NCBI GenBank assembly: GCA_047635955.1
Contig: JBLIGW010000001.1
Location: forward strand, 1-55,092
Source: Oceanicoccus sp.
GTDB taxonomy: Bacteria; Patescibacteriota; Gracilibacteria; UBA1369; 2-02-FULL-48-14
Length of the DNA: 55,092 nucleotides
Direction of reading: 5' to 3'
In this document: piece by piece, positions 53,796 to 55,092 of the stretch
Position numbering within the stretch: the first letter of the stretch is position 1
Layout: every line of letters begins with the position of its first letter
Notes under the pieces: generated by a model
What the model saw: only the letters and a program-made list of their open reading frames with translations
Database searches by the model: none
Told to the model about the DNA's origin: nothing
Position numbers and translations under genes: made by a program

Positions 53796-54798
53796 TTTCA
53801 GGGTTATATTCAGCGCGAGCTGCCAATCCGTTCATTTGAGCACGGTGAAAAAGACTAGCCTGTGCCGCTTCAACTGCATCATGATCTTTCGCCCAAATAT
53901 CTAAAGTAGGACCTTGAATCGCTCGTCCGTAAGAAAAGCTGAGTGGCCAAGGCATATCACCAATCTTATTCATAAGATCAAGATGAAGTGTAGATTCCTT
54001 TGGAGACTGCCCTCCAGAAAGGAAAACCACCCCTGCCAAATTTTCAGGAACGTGAGCTTTCAAAGCTTTAACTGTCATTTCAGCTACCGTTTGAGCATCT
54101 GCACGATCCGCCGCTCCTTTACCAGAAATAATCATACTCGTTTTCAGAATAGTCCCTTCCAAATGAACTCCTTGTTCAATAAGTTGTTCAAACAATGTCG
54201 TCCAGACTTGTTCACTCACTTCAGCGCAACGTTCAATACTGTGATCTCCTTCAATCAAAATTTCAGGTTCAACCATAGGCACCAATCCCGCTTCCTGACA
54301 AAGTGCAGCGTAACGAGCAAGCCCATGAGCGTTTGCCATGATGCAAGCCTGACTTGGCATTCCTTCTCCAATAGTGATCACACTTCGCCATTTTGCAAAA
54401 CGCGCTCCCAAGTCAAAATATTCTTTAAGACGATCTCGAAGACCATCCAAACCTTCTGTCACTTTTTCACCCTCATGAAGCGCTAAATCTTTAGCACCTG
54501 TATCCACTTTGATTCCAGGAATCATTCCTTTACTAGAAAGAAACTGTGGAAATGGCACTCCTTCATTTGTAGACTGTCGAAGCGTTTCATCGTACATAAT
54601 GTACCCGGAAATTGCCTCCTCAATACCAGGAGCCGTAACTAGCAATCCTCGGTAAGCTCGTCGACTTTCTTCATCACACTTCACGCCATACGCCTCAAAT
54701 CGTTTTGTACAAGTTCCGTGACTTTCATCAATCGCTAAAACTCCTTTCCCTGGGGCAACCATGGCCTGAGCTGTCGACTCTAACATTTGGAGATCCAT
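53785..54798 (-). CDS. fba: fructose-bisphosphate aldolase, class I (eukaryote-type 'Glycolytic' family)
   Basis: GKGVLAIDES.GT..KRF...GV...EE.RR.YR.LL.T.PG....ISG.IMYDETL.QST..G, PGIKVD.G, the Schiff-base region LEGT.LK.SM, and VVFLSGGQS. I prefer the start at MDLQML (54798). Its 3' end overlaps the fbp start by 11 nt. Confidence 0.9.
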   Translation of the reverse strand: MDLQMLESTAQAMVAPGKGVLAIDESHGTCTKRFEAYGVKCDEESRRAYRGLLVTAPGIEEAISGYIMYDETLRQSTNEGVPFPQFLSSKGMIPGIKVDTGAKDLALHEGEKVTEGLDGLRDRLKEYFDLGARFAKWRSVITIGEGMPSQACIMANAHGLARYAALCQEAGLVPMVEPEILIEGDHSIERCAEVSEQVWTTLFEQLIEQGVHLEGTILKTSMIISGKGAADRADAQTVAEMTVKALKAHVPENLAGVVFLSGGQSPKESTLHLDLMNKIGDMPWPLSFSYGRAIQGPTLDIWAKDHDAVEAAQASLFHRAQMNGLAARAEYNPEIDA

Positions 54799-54859
54799 TT
54801 CTATTTGGTTAATTGTTGGGACGAGTGTAGCTCTGGGACTGGGAAAATTCAAATGCTCT

Positions 54860-54899
54860 AAAAAAAAACACCCTCTAGTTTTAATAGAAGGTGCTTTTT
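54860..54899 (-). terminator. rho-independent terminator after the upstream partial gene
   Basis: The minus strand reads AAAAAGCACCTTCTA-ttaaaac-TAGAGGGTG-TTTTTTTTT: 8 of 9 stem pairs, followed by T9. Confidence 0.5.
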
Positions 54900-54919
54900 A
54901 AAGTCTAAATTATTCTCCT

Positions 54920-55092
54920 TTATTCAGAAGGTCCGAATAAACTGTTAAAGAAACCTTTTTTAACCGGAGCCTCTTCTGGCTCAGCCCGTGGTTCTACAAC
55001 TGGCATCTCGTCAGTTGACACCTCTTCTGGTTCTTCAGGATTTGATTCAATATTGACAGTACCTAAATTTTCAAGTGCTTGCAAGCCATCTG
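54920..55092 (-). CDS. C-terminal fragment of an unidentified protein ending in an amphipathic-helix-like tail (5' end lies outside the window)
   Basis: The minus-strand frame is open from the window edge to TAA (54922-54920): ...DGLQALENLGTVNIESNPEEPEEVSTDEMPVVEPRAEPEEAPVKKGFFNSLFGPSE. It has an acidic Pro/Glu linker, and the tail KKGFFNSLFG resembles MinD/FtsA-type membrane-targeting helices. Confidence 0.45.
   Translation of the reverse strand, partial: DGLQALENLGTVNIESNPEEPEEVSTDEMPVVEPRAEPEEAPVKKGFFNSLFGPSE

Noticed and set aside
53028-54486. Long plus-strand ORFs (154 aa at 53028-53492 and 190 aa at 53914-54486) antisense to fbp and fba
   Set aside because: The opposite strand encodes full-length, motif-rich FBPase and class I aldolase. 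The antisense products are Ser/Arg/His/Phe-rich with no motifs, which is typical of shadow ORFs.
1-55092. Alternative genetic code (UGA reassigned, as in some candidate phyla)
   Set aside because: TGA terminates well-supported genes at conserved C-termini, for example pta at 18845-18847 and the metallophosphoesterase at 14827-14829. Long conserved proteins (SecA, Xfp, FtsK, GltX) read through intact under the standard code.

Overview
This is a 55-kb chromosomal segment from a compact, moderately AT-rich bacterium. There are about 55 protein genes, many with overlapping or abutting ends, and almost none has a recognisable Shine-Dalgarno sequence. The standard genetic code applies, because TGA is used as a stop.

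Recognisable housekeeping genes are secA, ftsK, gltX, the rpmH-rnpA-yidC-jag cluster, nth, a ComEC-family gene, an LCP ligase, rluB-like, a DacA-like D,D-carboxypeptidase, mraY and an ECF sigma/anti-sigma pair.

There is a compact carbon/energy set:
- pta, NDH-2, phosphoketolase (xfp) and ackA lie within 7 kb.
- An overlapping class-I aldolase/FBPase pair lies near the right end.

RNA genes are a type-A RNase P RNA with a well-placed promoter and two tRNA-Glu genes (CUC and UUC). A decayed third tRNA-Glu unit sits between the two tRNAs.

These genes are interleaved with many lineage-specific hypothetical membrane, secreted and lipoprotein genes. That pattern, plus the metabolic minimalism, fits a Patescibacteria/CPR-like organism, possibly Peregrinibacteria-like. 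This placement is inference only.

I found no CRISPR array, integrase, transposase, restriction-modification, toxin-antitoxin or other recognisable defence or mobile genes.

The most unusual items are:
1. A two-gene operon at 48806-52776 encoding a large polytopic membrane protein and a membrane-anchored protein with HEYNH...NEGxxEW zinc-peptidase-like motifs; neither resembles a family I recognise.
2. A translationally coupled operon of a degenerate aspartokinase-like protein, LysA and a C26 gamma-glutamyl hydrolase, with a divergently transcribed ACT-like protein.
3. The tRNA-sized decayed tRNA-Glu unit, which keeps its spacing, acceptor pairing, terminator and part of its promoter.
4. Perfect 69-nt coding tandem repeats in an Ala/Glu-rich protein.
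5. A start-less, protein-like open frame continuing in frame directly after the mraY stop codon.
6. A 206-nt convergent overlap between a methyltransferase gene and the ComEC-family gene.

All functional calls rest on my reading of the translated motifs. No database search was run.
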